Assembly: GCA_026004615.1 (NCBI GenBank)
Contig: BPJM01000001.1
Span: 763,482-827,481 of the forward strand
Reading direction: 5' to 3'
Source: Planctomycetota bacterium
GTDB taxonomy: Bacteria > Planctomycetota > J058 > J103
Length of the DNA: 64,000 nt
Positions 36,927-46,572 of this stretch are shown here, in pieces. Position 1 is the first letter of the stretch. Every line of letters starts with the position of its first letter. Under the pieces are notes generated by a model. It was not told the origin of the DNA. It ran no database searches and was given only the letters and a program-made list of their open reading frames with translations. The position numbers were made by a program, and so were the translations under genes.

Positions 36927-37490
36927 GTGGCGAGCGGCGGCGGCACGGCAGAGGGCGCGGCCGAGCGGCGGCGGGCCGAGTTCGAAGAGCTGGTGCTGCC
37001 CCATCTCGACGCCATGTACCGGGTGGCGGTGCGGCTCGGCGGGCGGGAGCGCGCCGAGGACGCGGTCCAGGAGGCGGTGCTGCGCGCCTGGCGCTACTAC
37101 GCCACCTTCCAGCAGGGAGCGGAGGTCCGCCCCTGGCTGTTCGCGATCCTGCGCAACGTGGTCTACGAGCGCGGGCGGCGGCAGCGGCGCCGCCTGAAGA
37201 CCTCGAGTCTGGATGCCTATGGCGCAGACAACGTCGTCGCCCCAGCCCGCCTGCCCCTGGACGAACGGATCCGCGACGAGGCGATCCTGGCTGCCCTGGA
37301 GCGGTTGCCCCAGGACTACCGCGCCGTGGTGGTGCTGGCGCTGATCGAGGATCTCAAGTACCGCGAGATCGCCGAGGTGCTGGGCATCCCGATCGGCACC
37401 GTGATGAGCCGCCTGCACCGGGGGCGCAAGCTGCTGCGCTACTTCCTGGGGCAGTATGCGGCGGAGGCGGGGGTGAGCCAGGCCGGGTGA
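36927..37490 (+). CDS. ECF-type RNA polymerase sigma-70 family factor
   Basis: This is the 3' part of ORF 36690..37490, whose 5' part is repeat sequence. Region 2 reads FEELVLPHLDAMYRVAVRLGGRERAEDAVQEAVLRAWRYYATFQ...RPWLFAILRNVV. Region 4 reads LERLPQDYRAVVVLALIEDLKYREIAEVLGIPIGTVMSRLHRGRKLL. The start is uncertain, with GTG 36927 or GTG 36876 both possible. Confidence 0.75.
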   Translation: MASGGGTAEGAAERRRAEFEELVLPHLDAMYRVAVRLGGRERAEDAVQEAVLRAWRYYATFQQGAEVRPWLFAILRNVVYERGRRQRRRLKTSSLDAYGADNVVAPARLPLDERIRDEAILAALERLPQDYRAVVVLALIEDLKYREIAEVLGIPIGTVMSRLHRGRKLLRYFLGQYAAEAGVSQAG

Positions 37491-37501
37491 GGACCGGGAC
37501 C

Positions 37502-38266
37502 ATGCAGTGCCACGAGGTGCAACAGCTGCTGTCGGCCTTCGTCGATGACGAGCTGGACTGCTGCCGCTCGCACCAGATCGACCAGCACCTGGAGCGGTGT
37601 GCCGGCTGTCGCGCCGAGATGGAGCAGATCCGGCTGCTCGATGCGCGCGTGCGTGCGGCGGGCCGGAGCGAGAGCTGCCCGCCGGCGCTGCGCGAGCGCG
37701 TGCGGGCGGCGCTGGCGGCGGAGCTGGCGGCAGGCGCCGGGGCGGCGCGCCGCCGCCGGCTGTTCGCGCGGCTGGTGCGCTACGGCGGGCTGGCCGCCGC
37801 GGTGCTGGTGGCGGCGGTGCTGGGCGTGGGGCTGGCGCCGGGGCCGGCCTCCGCCGAGCTGCTCGCGCACCATGTCGCCTGTGTCGGGATGGGCGGCCCG
37901 GCGGTGCAGACGGTGGCCGACGCGCGGATCCTCTGCCGTTCGGTCGCGGTGGGCGATCTGGTGCCCGATCTCAGCGGGTGCGGCTACCGGTTCATGGGCG
38001 GCAAGGTGTGCGAGGTCGGCGGGCTCAGGGCCGTGCATCTGGTCTACGCCGATGGGTCCGGGCACCAGGTCTCGCTCTACGGGATGCGGCGGCTGGGCGG
38101 GTTTCTGCGGGCGGGCGCGCGCTTCGAGCTCGAGGAGGGCCGCGGGGTGCTGCGCGTGCGCCTGGGGCTGGACCGGGAGTGCGCGGCGGTGCTGACCGCC
38201 GGCGATTGCCCCGAGCTGCGGCGCGCGCTGCTGGCCCAGCTCGCCGGCGGCGAGGGCGGCAACTGA
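37502..38266 (+). CDS. anti-sigma factor (zf-HC2 type), single-pass membrane protein
   Basis: ATG 37502 lies 11 nt after the sigma stop; ORF-track start 37487 is an alternative. The zinc motif is MQCHEVQQLLSAFVDDELD...HLERCAGCRAEMEQI (H-x3-C-x2-C). The TM is YGGLAAAVLVAAVLGVGLA, followed by a C-terminal extracytoplasmic domain. Confidence 0.7.
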   Translation: MQCHEVQQLLSAFVDDELDCCRSHQIDQHLERCAGCRAEMEQIRLLDARVRAAGRSESCPPALRERVRAALAAELAAGAGAARRRRLFARLVRYGGLAAAVLVAAVLGVGLAPGPASAELLAHHVACVGMGGPAVQTVADARILCRSVAVGDLVPDLSGCGYRFMGGKVCEVGGLRAVHLVYADGSGHQVSLYGMRRLGGFLRAGARFELEEGRGVLRVRLGLDRECAAVLTAGDCPELRRALLAQLAGGEGGN

Positions 38267-38348
38267 GTTGGAGTTGCGCCGCCGCCGGGGAGGCGCGCCG
38301 GGCGCGGGCCCGCCGGCCCTGGCCCTGCTGCGGCGGGCAGCAGCTGGC

Positions 38349-39485
38349 TCAGCGGAGGGCCGTCGCGCGCGCCCGCCGCGCGGCGTCGACGAGTGCGCTG
38401 GCGGCGCGCTCGACCTCCTCCGCCGTCGTCTCCGGCCCCAGCGACAGGCGCACCGCGCCGCGCGCCGCGGCGCGGTCGTGGCCCATCGCCAGCAGCACGT
38501 GCGAGGGCCGCGCCGCGCCCGAGGCGCAGGCGGAGCCCCCGGAGACGGCGACCCCCTCCAGGTCGAGCAACAGCCGCAGCGCCTCGCCGTCCACCCCGGG
38601 AAAGCCGAGGTTGAGGGTGTTGGGCAGGCCGGTCTCGGGATCGCCGTGGACCTGCACCTGGGGCAGCGCGGCGCGCACGCGCGCGAGCAGCTCGTCGCGC
38701 AGCCGGCGCACCTGGGGCATGCGCGCCAGGCGCTGGGGCACGAGCGCCGCCGCGGCCCCGAAGCCGGCGATCCCGGGCACGTTCTCCGTCCCGGCGCGCC
38801 GCTCGAACTCCTGGCTGGCGGCGAGCGGGGGCGCGAACGGGACCCCGGTGCGGATCCACAGCGCGCCGGTGCCCTTGGGGCCGCCGATCTTGTGCGCCGA
38901 CAGCGCCAGCAGATCGGCCCCCCAGGCCGCGACCTGGACCGGTTCCTTGCCGAGCGACTGGACGGCGTCGGCGAACAGGAGCGCCCCGTGTTCGTGCGCG
39001 AGCGCGGCCAGCGCCGGCACGTCCTGGCGGGTGCCGGTCTCGTTGTTGGCGCTGTGCACCGCGAGCAGCGCGGGCCGGGGGGCCTCGGCCAGGGCGCGGG
39101 CAACGGTCGCGAGCGCGAGCCGCCCGCGCCGATCCACCGGCAGCTCCAGGGCCACCAGCCCGCGGGCGGCAAGCGCGCGGGCGGCCGCGAGCACGGCGCT
39201 GTGTTCGGCGGCGGTGTAGAGCACCGCGCGGGCGCCGAGGCCGGCTGCGGCCCCTGCGAGTCCGAGCGCACACGCCTCGGTGCCGCCCGAGGTGAACACG
39301 ATCTCCGCTGGTGCCGCCCCGATCGCGGCGGCGAGCTGCTCGCGCGCCTGCTCGATGGCGGCGCGCGCCCGCCGGCCGGCGGCGTGCTGGCTGGAGGGAT
39401 TGCCGGCCAGCTCCAGCGCCGCCGCCACCGCCGCCCGTACCTCGGGCAGGGTGGGCGTGGAGGCGTTGTGGTCGAGGTAGATCAC
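38349..39485 (-). CDS. cysteine desulfurase (NifS/IscS class V aminotransferase family)
   Basis: 378-aa ORF. It has MIYLDHNASTP, FTSGGTEA, SAHKIGGPKGTGAL (PLP Lys), RAGTENVPGI and GSACASG (active-site Cys). Confidence 0.9.
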   Translation of the reverse strand: MIYLDHNASTPTLPEVRAAVAAALELAGNPSSQHAAGRRARAAIEQAREQLAAAIGAAPAEIVFTSGGTEACALGLAGAAAGLGARAVLYTAAEHSAVLAAARALAARGLVALELPVDRRGRLALATVARALAEAPRPALLAVHSANNETGTRQDVPALAALAHEHGALLFADAVQSLGKEPVQVAAWGADLLALSAHKIGGPKGTGALWIRTGVPFAPPLAASQEFERRAGTENVPGIAGFGAAAALVPQRLARMPQVRRLRDELLARVRAALPQVQVHGDPETGLPNTLNLGFPGVDGEALRLLLDLEGVAVSGGSACASGAARPSHVLLAMGHDRAAARGAVRLSLGPETTAEEVERAASALVDAARRARATALR

Positions 39486-39661
39486 CGCGTCCGTCCTCGC
39501 GCGCCGCCCTCGCTGCCGGGCTTCGCGCGGCTACCCCGCCGCGCGGGCGGCTTCCGACACCATACACGGCACGCGGCCACCCCGAAAGGAAGCCAGGTGG
39601 GGAACCCCACCTGCCACCCCGGACCGGCTTCTTGCTCCGGCCTCCGGGGAGCGAACCGGCA

Positions 39662-40815
39662 CGAGGGGGCAATGCGCGCTGCGCCTGCCCTTCCCGCACC
39701 CCCTCACCCCAACCCTCTCCCCCGCGAGCGGGGGAGAGGGTGTCCGGGCCTCGCGCGGCGGCGCTCGCTTCTCCCTCTCCCCTGCGAAGATTCTTCCCTC
39801 CCTCTCCCCACCGGGGATTCTTCCCTCCCTCTCCCCTGCGGCGATTTTCTTCTCCCTCTCCCCACCGGGGAGAGGGCCGGGGTGAGGGGGCAGGGCGCGC
39901 TGCGCCTGCCCTTCCCGCACCCCCTCACCCCAACCCTCTCCCCCGCGAGCGGGGGAGAGGGTGTCCGGGCCTCGCGAGGCGGCGCTCGCTTCTCCCTCTC
40001 CCCCGCGAGCGGGGCAGAGGGTGTCCGGGCCTCGCGCGGCGGCGCTCGCTTCTCCCTCTCCCCTGCGAAGATTCTTCCCTCCCTCTCCCCACCGGGGATT
40101 CTCCTCTGCCTCTCCCCTGCGGGGATTCTCCCCTCCCTCTCCCCACCGGGGAGAGGGCCGGGGTGAGGGGGCAGGGCGCGCCGCGCCTGCCCTTCCCGCA
40201 CCCCCTCACCCCAACCCTCTCCCCCGCGAGCGGGGGAGAGGGTGTCCGGGCCTCGCGAGGCGGCGCTCGCTTCTCCCTCTCCCCTGCGGGGATTCTTCCC
40301 TCCCTCTCCCCACCGGGGATTCTCCTCTGCCTCTCCCCTGCGGGGATTTTCTTCTCCCTCTCCCCACCGGGGAGAGGGCCGGGGTGAGGGGGCAATGCGC
40401 GCTGCGCCTGCCCTTCCCGCACCCCCTCACCCCAACCCTCTCCCCCGCGAGCGGGGGAGAGGGTGTCCGGGCCTCGCGCGGCGGCGCTCGCTTCTCCCTC
40501 TGCCCTGCGGGGATTTTCTTCTCCCTCTCCCCACCGGGGAGAGGGCCGGGGTGAGGGGGCAGGGCGCGCTGCGCCTGCTCTTCCCACGCCCCCTCACCCC
40601 AACCCTCTCCCCCGCGAGCGGGGGAGAGGGTGTCCGGGCCTCGCGCGGCGGCGCTCGCTTCTCCCTCTGCCCTGCGGGGATTCTCCCCTTCCTCTCCCCT
40701 GCGAAGATTCTTCCCTTCCTCTCCCCACCTGGGATTCTCCTCTCCCTCTCCCCTGCGGGGATTCTCTTCTCCCTCTCCCCACCGGGGAGAGGGCCGGGGT
40801 GAGGGGGCAGGGCGG
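39662..40815. repeat. repeat array B: same palindrome family, subfamily with centre GA and 29-30-bp sub-repeats
   Basis: ccctctcccccgcgagcgggggagaggg occurs at 39713, 39934, 40215, 40436 and 40613, with a one-mismatch copy at 39994. gagggccggggtgaggggg plus a 29-nt linker (ca(g/a)(g/t)gcgcgctgcgcctgcccttcccgca) plus ccccctcaccccaaccctc recurs 5 times. Sub-repeats such as ctctcccctgcggggattcttccctcc and ctctccccaccggggattctcctctgc also occur. Confidence 0.95.
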
Positions 40816-40949
40816 CGAGGCTGGCCCGGGAAACCCGCGCGGGCCCTGGCGGGTAGCTCCTTTCCGCACGCCCCGCCATCCCCTATGCTGGCGCCCCGGG
40901 CGCCTGCACGAGCGGGCGCCCGGGGCCCAGAGCACGGAGGGCTGCCGCC

Positions 40950-41744
40950 ATGCTGCGCATCTTCGATCCGCACGTGCACATGTACGCGCGTACCACCGAT
41001 GACTACGAGATCATGGCGCTCGCCGGCATCGAGCGCATCGTGGAGCCGGCGTTCTGGCTCGGCCAGCCGCGCAAGCGCCCCGGCACCTTCTTCGATTACT
41101 TTGAGCACCTGCTCGAGTTCGAGACGGAGCGGGCGGCGCAGTACGGGATCGACCACTGGGTGACGATCGCCATGAATCCGCGCGAGGCCAACGACGAGGA
41201 GCTGTGCCGCGCGGTGCTGGCCGAGCTGCCGCGCTATCTCGACCACCCGCGGTGCGTGGCGGTGGGCGAGATCGGCTTCGACCGGATCACGGAGGCCGAG
41301 GAGCGAGCGCTGCGCGCGCAGCTCGAGATGGCGCGCGAGCGCGGACTGCCGGTGCTGATCCACACCCCGCACCACCGCAAGAAGGAGGGCACCGAGCGCA
41401 CGCTGGCGGTGCTGCGCGACATGGACTACGACATGGACATGGTCCTCATGGACCACAACACCGAGGAGACGATCGGGCTGTCGCAGCGGGCCGGCTGCTG
41501 GTGCGGCCACACGGTCTATCCCATCACCAAGCTCTCGCCCGAGCGCGCCACCGCGATCCTGCAGCAGTACGGCACGCGCCGCATGCTGATCAACAGCGCG
41601 GCGGACTGGGGTCCGTCCGATCCGCTGAGCGTGCCGAAGACGGTGCGCGAGATGCGCCGGCGCGGCTTCACGGACGAGCAGATCGCGGAGGTGGTCTGGG
41701 ACAACCCCCATCGCTTCTTCGCCCGGGGCGGCCTGGCGGTCTGA
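40950..41744 (+). CDS. TatD-family metal-dependent hydrolase
   Basis: 264-aa ORF. It has FDPHVHM (HxH metal motif), VAVGEIGFD, LPVLIHTPH and INSAADWGPSD. Overall it looks like a TatD-related amidohydrolase-fold protein. Confidence 0.75.
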   Translation: MLRIFDPHVHMYARTTDDYEIMALAGIERIVEPAFWLGQPRKRPGTFFDYFEHLLEFETERAAQYGIDHWVTIAMNPREANDEELCRAVLAELPRYLDHPRCVAVGEIGFDRITEAEERALRAQLEMARERGLPVLIHTPHHRKKEGTERTLAVLRDMDYDMDMVLMDHNTEETIGLSQRAGCWCGHTVYPITKLSPERATAILQQYGTRRMLINSAADWGPSDPLSVPKTVREMRRRGFTDEQIAEVVWDNPHRFFARGGLAV

Positions 41745-41770
41745 GCGCCGCCGGCGCGCTCGGCGGCCGC

Positions 41771-42277
41771 TCACGTCACCGCGTTCAGGTAGCGGATGAT
41801 CTCCCCGGGGCTGCGGGCGCGCCGCAGCTCGGCGGCCGCGTCGTGGCGCGCGAACAGCTCGCCGATCCGCTTGTAGACCTGGAGGTAGGTCTTGTCCTCG
41901 TAGGGAGGTGCCACGATGGCGAGGAACAGATCCGCCTCCTGTCCTGGTTCGTCGCCCCACGGGATGGGGCGGTCGGCGACGCCGATCGCCATCGCCAGGC
42001 CGCGCGCCTGCATGGTGCGCACGTGCGGCAACGCCACCCCCTGGCCGAGGTACATGTGGTGGCGCTTCTCGCGGTGGAACAGGTCGTTGAGCAGCTTGTT
42101 GGGGTTGTTGACCTTGCCGCTCCGGTCGAGCCGCTCCACCAGCCGGCGCAGCACCTCCAGCTTCAGCTCCTCGCGCTGCCGGCGGCTGAGCGGCGCACCG
42201 TCTTCGCCCTCGAGCACCAGGTCCTCGTCGAGGTGCAGCCGGATGTAGTCCTCTTTGAGGTAGCGCGTGAGCTGCAT
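41771..42277 (-). CDS. PTS EIIA type-2 (PtsN / nitrogen-regulatory IIA-like) protein
   Basis: 168-aa ORF. GQGVALPHVRT carries the phosphorylatable His motif, followed by LFLAIVAP. It lies immediately downstream of the 977-aa hypothetical on the same strand. Confidence 0.7.
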   Translation of the reverse strand: MQLTRYLKEDYIRLHLDEDLVLEGEDGAPLSRRQREELKLEVLRRLVERLDRSGKVNNPNKLLNDLFHREKRHHMYLGQGVALPHVRTMQARGLAMAIGVADRPIPWGDEPGQEADLFLAIVAPPYEDKTYLQVYKRIGELFARHDAAAELRRARSPGEIIRYLNAVT

Positions 42278-42396
42278 ACCGGCCCTGCTGCCTGCGCGCG
42301 CCGAGCGCGGCGAAGATCGCCACTATACAACAGCGGGGCCGCCGCGCAATGCGGCGGCCCCGGTGCGGGGGCGCTGGCGGGCGGGGCGCCGCCGGC

Positions 42397-45331
42397 TCAG
42401 TCCGCGCGCAGCTTCAGCACCGAGCGGGACCAGACCTTGCCGCCCTCGCCGGGGCCCCAGCCCATGGCCGCGAAGTCCAGCCACCGGGCCAGCTCGTCGC
42501 TGATCCCCCGGATGGTGCTGGCGACCGCCTCCGCGCGCTCGGCCTGCCACGCGCGCACGGCCTGCTGGTATTCCTCCAGGGCGCGCTGGTACTCCTCCAT
42601 GTCGCCTTCGGGGCCGGGCCACTCGGGGGGCTCGAGGTGCGAGGGGGGCCGTGCCGGCGAAGGCCGGCGCCAGGACCGGCGCGTACTCGCCGGCCAGCCG
42701 CGCCAGCCCCGCCAGGTCCACGTGCACGCTCGCCGAGCTCGCACCGCCCAGCGCCTGCTGTGCGCGCGCGCGGCGGGGCGAGTCCGCAAGGCTGCGCGGC
42801 GGCTGGCCACCGCCGGCCGCGCCCGCCGCGCGGGCGGCGGCCCCCAGCACCGCCTCGGTGCTCGAGGAGGCGATCAGCATGCCGCCCGGCAGGATTGCGA
42901 ACGCCGGGCGGAGCGTGCCCCCGGTCTTCTCGACGACGCCCTCGCGCGCAGGCGGCTCGACCACGTGCACCGTGACCCCGCCCGCGGCCTGGAGCTCGAG
43001 GTGGCGCGGCATACGCGCGCGCTCCCGCTCGGTGGCCTCGGGCGGAGGTGCCGGCGCCACCGCCTCCAGCAGCGCCAGCAGCGCGCGCTCGACCACCTGG
43101 GGCTCATCGAGCGTCCAGGTGAGGGTGAACGCCGGCACCGCCACCGCACCCTCGGGCGCCCCGGCCGGCAGCGCCTGCGGGGCGGCCGACAGCGTCAGCT
43201 CGCCGCCGAGGGCGGGGATCAGCTCCTGCTCCACATCGATGCCGGTGTTCTGGTGGAACTCCGCCAGCGCCGCCTCGAGCTCGGGCTGCTCGGAGGCGGG
43301 CACGAACCGCCGCACGAGCTGCCAGAGCGCCTGCGGCTCGAAGCGCCAGGAGACGTCCAGCACGGTGTCGGCCGGCAGCAGTCTCCAGCCGGCGAACGGA
43401 CCGGCGGGCTGCAGGTACAGCCCCTGGACGGCGGTGTTCGGCTCGGAGCCGAAGTCCGTGAGGCTGACCGACTCGAAGGTGGTGAACCCATCGCGGATGT
43501 AGTTGGCCGAGACCGCGACATCGCCGGTGAACAGATCCGTCAGCGCGCGCAGGGGCTCCGCCTCCGGCCCGCGCACCGCGCCGCGGAGCATCTCCAGGTA
43601 GCGGGCGTAATCGAAGCGGAACAGACTCCAGTACCCCGCGGGCAGCGCCGGCTCCTGCCAGCCGGCGCCGAGCGCGCTCGCATCGGCCTGTGCCAGCTCG
43701 GCCGCGGCCGTGCAGTCGGTGGTGACGAGCAGCGTGTCACCGAGCCGGACGATCGCAGCTGCAGGGGCGAGGCTGGTGTGCATCTGTCCGCTCTCCTCGT
43801 CCCAGGAGAAACGCCGGTTCACCAGGACGGCGAGCGGCCGCACGCCGGCCAGGTGCACGTACGCTTCGGCGTACTCCTGGTCCTGGGCCGCCTGCTCGGC
43901 CAGCACCGCCATCGCGATGGCTTCGGCGAGCTGGAGCAGTGGCGGCAGCTTCACCGCCACCGTGAACACCGGTACGTCGCGGGCCCCCAGCCGCTCGTCG
44001 ATCTGGAGATCCGTGCCCTGGAGCATGGCGCGGAACCACTCCGGCACCGGGGCGGAAGCCTGCGGCGCATCGAGGCTGAGCGCGACCGCACCCGGGGCCA
44101 GCGCATCGAGCGCGCCGCTGAGCGCCTTCCAGAGCAGCCGGCGCTCGAGCCGCGTGTGGAGCTCCATCCCCTCGGGCACCGGCGGCAGCTCTAGCTCGAG
44201 GTCGAACATGTCGGCCAGCCGTTCGGGCTGATCGAGCGCGCCGGCGAGCTCTCGGTACCACTGCGCCTGACGGATCCTCTGCCACAGCGGCGAGCGCGCA
44301 AACTGCTGCACCAGCGGGCGGAGGTCGGCCATCTCGAAATACAACGCGCGGCCCTGGGCCGGCACCAGTGCGCGGAGCGGCGGCGAGGCGGTATCGACGA
44401 GCAGCTCGTCCGCGCTGCGCGAGCTGGCCAGGCCGGCGGCATACAGGTCTCCCCCCGGCACGAGCAGCGCCGCCGCCAGCGCCGGCACCGGCTTGAGCGT
44501 GCGCCCGAGCACCGCGTGCAGCCTGCCGGTGTAACGCCGGCCGCCCAGCTGGGCGAGCAGCTCCCCGCTGCGCACCCGCTCGAGGTCCAGCCACAGCTGG
44601 AGCACGGCGTCCTCGGGCAGGCGCGCCAGCTCGGCGGCGTAGCTCTCGCGGCGGCCCAGGCTGCCCGCGCCCGCGGCGTTGGCGTGGTCGATCGCGCGCT
44701 CGATCGTCTCGCGCGCGTCGCTGGCCACGAAGACGTCGCGCAACAGGGCGTAGTAGCTGCGCGCGTCCTCCCCGCCCGGCTCGCTCGCGCCCAGCGCGTA
44801 GATCTCGAAGCCGCCGTAGCTCGCGATCGCGGGCACGCTGCCCTCCCCGAAGTAGCGTTCGGTCAGCACCCTGGCCAGGGCGGCGGGGTTGTCGACCGCC
44901 AGCGCCTGGAGCAGCGCCGGGGTATCGACCCGGTAGGCGCTGATCCAGGAGGGACGACCGGTCTCGCGGTCGACCCGGATGCCGAAGCCGAGGTCGCGGC
45001 CGATGAACTTCAGGTAGGTGTCCAGCCCGGGCGCGAGCCCGAGGCGTTCGGCCCGCTCGGCCAGCAGGCGCTCGAAGCCGTGGTCATCGAGCGCCAGCAG
45101 CGACTGCACCAGGCGCGAGTGCTCCAGGTCCTGATAGGAGGGGTGTTGCCGGAGCTGCTGCCAGCGCGCGCCCAGCGCGGGCGCCCGCACGAACAGCACC
45201 ACATCGTCGGGCAGCACCTCGGCGATGCTCTTGACGGGTAGCGTCGCGTTGGCCAGCGCCAGCGCGATGCCGCCGGCGAGCAGGGCCGGCGTCGCGACCA
45301 GCGCGAGCCCGATGCGCCATCGTCTGGACAT
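42397..45331 (-). pseudogene. large N-terminally anchored/exported hypothetical protein (~977 aa), one frameshift as assembled
   Basis: ORF 42323..45331 begins MSRRWRIGLALVATPALLAGGIALALA. After the run at 42643-42648 (C6 in gene sense) the plausible C-terminus is in ORF 42397..42810. It reads PPSHLEPPEWPGPEGDMEEYQRALEEYQQAVRAWQAERAEAVASTIRGISDELARWLDFAAMGW. It is possibly DUF3352-like, but this is unverified. Confidence 0.6.
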
Positions 45332-45385
45332 GATGATTCCTCCCTCCCCCCCGTGCGTGAGCTGTGGCCAGTGAAGCAGAGCGCG

Positions 45386-45415
45386 ATCTTAGCCCCCACA
45401 GCTCTTTCCTGTCAA
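45386..45415 (-). promoter_or_regulatory. sigma70-like promoter for the 977-aa hypothetical gene (TTGACA-18-TAAGAT)
   Basis: The reverse strand reads TTGACA (45415-45410), an 18-nt spacer, then TAAGAT (45391-45386). It lies about 50 nt upstream of ATG 45331, which is preceded by GGGAGGGAGG. A 9-bp inverted repeat (gagctgtgg/ccacagctc, 45359-45404) overlaps the -10 and start region. Confidence 0.4.
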
Positions 45416-45550
45416 CACCTGCTGGCCCGCGCCTGGTGGCCGAGCCGATGGGGCGGAGGTTGTTCCCGGTGGTGGGGGCTGCTAGGGTGGGGCGCTCGGG
45501 TCCCCCTGCAGGGCCTGGGGCGGGGACCCCGGCGCGGAGGGAAGGCGATC

Positions 45551-46342
45551 ATGCAGCGTGCGACAGGCGAGCGAGCCGAGGATGCAGCCCCCCTTCGCGG
45601 GCGCGTGGGGCTCATCACCGGCGCCTCGAGCGGGATCGGGCGCGCGACGGCGGTCGCGCTCGGGCAGCGGGGCATGCGGCTGACGCTCACCGCACGCCGG
45701 CGCGAGCGGCTGGAAGAGGTGGCGGCCGCGGTCGAGCGCGCGGGCGGGCAGGCCCTGGTGGTGCCGGCGGATGCGCGCGCCGAGCCCGAGCTGCGCGCGG
45801 TCTTCGCGCGGAGCGATGCGCGCTGGGGGCGGCTCGATGTGCTCGTCAACGCCGCCGGGCTCGGACTGCCGGGCGGTTTTCTCGATCCCGATCCCGCGGC
45901 GGCGGCGCGCGCCTGGCGCGCGATGTGGGAGGTCAACGTGCTGGCGCTGTGCGTGGCGACGAGCGAGGCGCTGCGGCGCTTCGATCCGGTGCGCGGCGGG
46001 CACGTGGTCCACATCGCGAGCATGGCGGCGCACCGCGTGCCGCCGGGCGGAGGGTTCTACGCCGCGACGAAACACGCGGTGCGGGCGCTGACCGAGGCGC
46101 TGCGCCAGGAGCTGCGCGAGGCGAACAGCCCCAGCCGCGTCACCGCGATCTCGCCGGGCTATGTCGCCACCGAGTTCTTCGAGGTCTACTACGGCGAGGC
46201 CGAGCGCGCGCACCAGATCCTGGGTCGCTTCCGCGTGCTGGAGCCGGAGGACGTCGCCCGCCAGGTCGTGCACGTGCTGGAGCAGCCGCCGCACGTGGAG
46301 ATCCACGACGTGCTGCTGCGCCCGACCCCGCAGCCGACCTAG
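45551..46342 (+). CDS. short-chain dehydrogenase/reductase (classical SDR)
   Basis: ORF 45353..46342 trimmed to ATG 45551 (MQRATGERA). It has TGASSGIGRA, NAAG and the catalytic motif YAATKHAV. Confidence 0.85.
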   Translation: MQRATGERAEDAAPLRGRVGLITGASSGIGRATAVALGQRGMRLTLTARRRERLEEVAAAVERAGGQALVVPADARAEPELRAVFARSDARWGRLDVLVNAAGLGLPGGFLDPDPAAAARAWRAMWEVNVLALCVATSEALRRFDPVRGGHVVHIASMAAHRVPPGGGFYAATKHAVRALTEALRQELREANSPSRVTAISPGYVATEFFEVYYGEAERAHQILGRFRVLEPEDVARQVVHVLEQPPHVEIHDVLLRPTPQPT

Positions 46343-46572
46343 GGGCCGCCGGGGCGCCCTGCACCGGAGCCGTCCGCGGAGCGCCGCGGGCGCGGCGCGC
46401 CCTTGTCCCCTCCCCCAGCCCTCGGCCCGCACAGGGCGCAGGGAGCGGAGGCGAACAGCTCCGGCTCCGTTCCCGGAGGGCAGGCGGTGGGACAACGGCG
46501 AGCGCTACCGTACGGCGCCGCGCGCGGCTGGGCGCGCCGCCCCAGAGCACGCCCTCCCCGCGGATCGCTCGC

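Noticed and set aside
35772-37418. Long ORFs running through the repeat arrays (e.g. 35772..37418 at 548 aa, 40206..42323 at 705 aa, 52943..54190 at 415 aa, and the many 60-220-aa ORFs at 35-36.9, 39.5-41 and 52.7-54.9 kb)
   Set aside because: Their sequences are just the repeats translated (PSPRRGEGARR..., GRGEGA...). Repeat periods of 40, 52 and 29-30 bp are not multiples of 3, so the 'protein' changes register from unit to unit. They are open only because GC-rich repeats lack stop codons.
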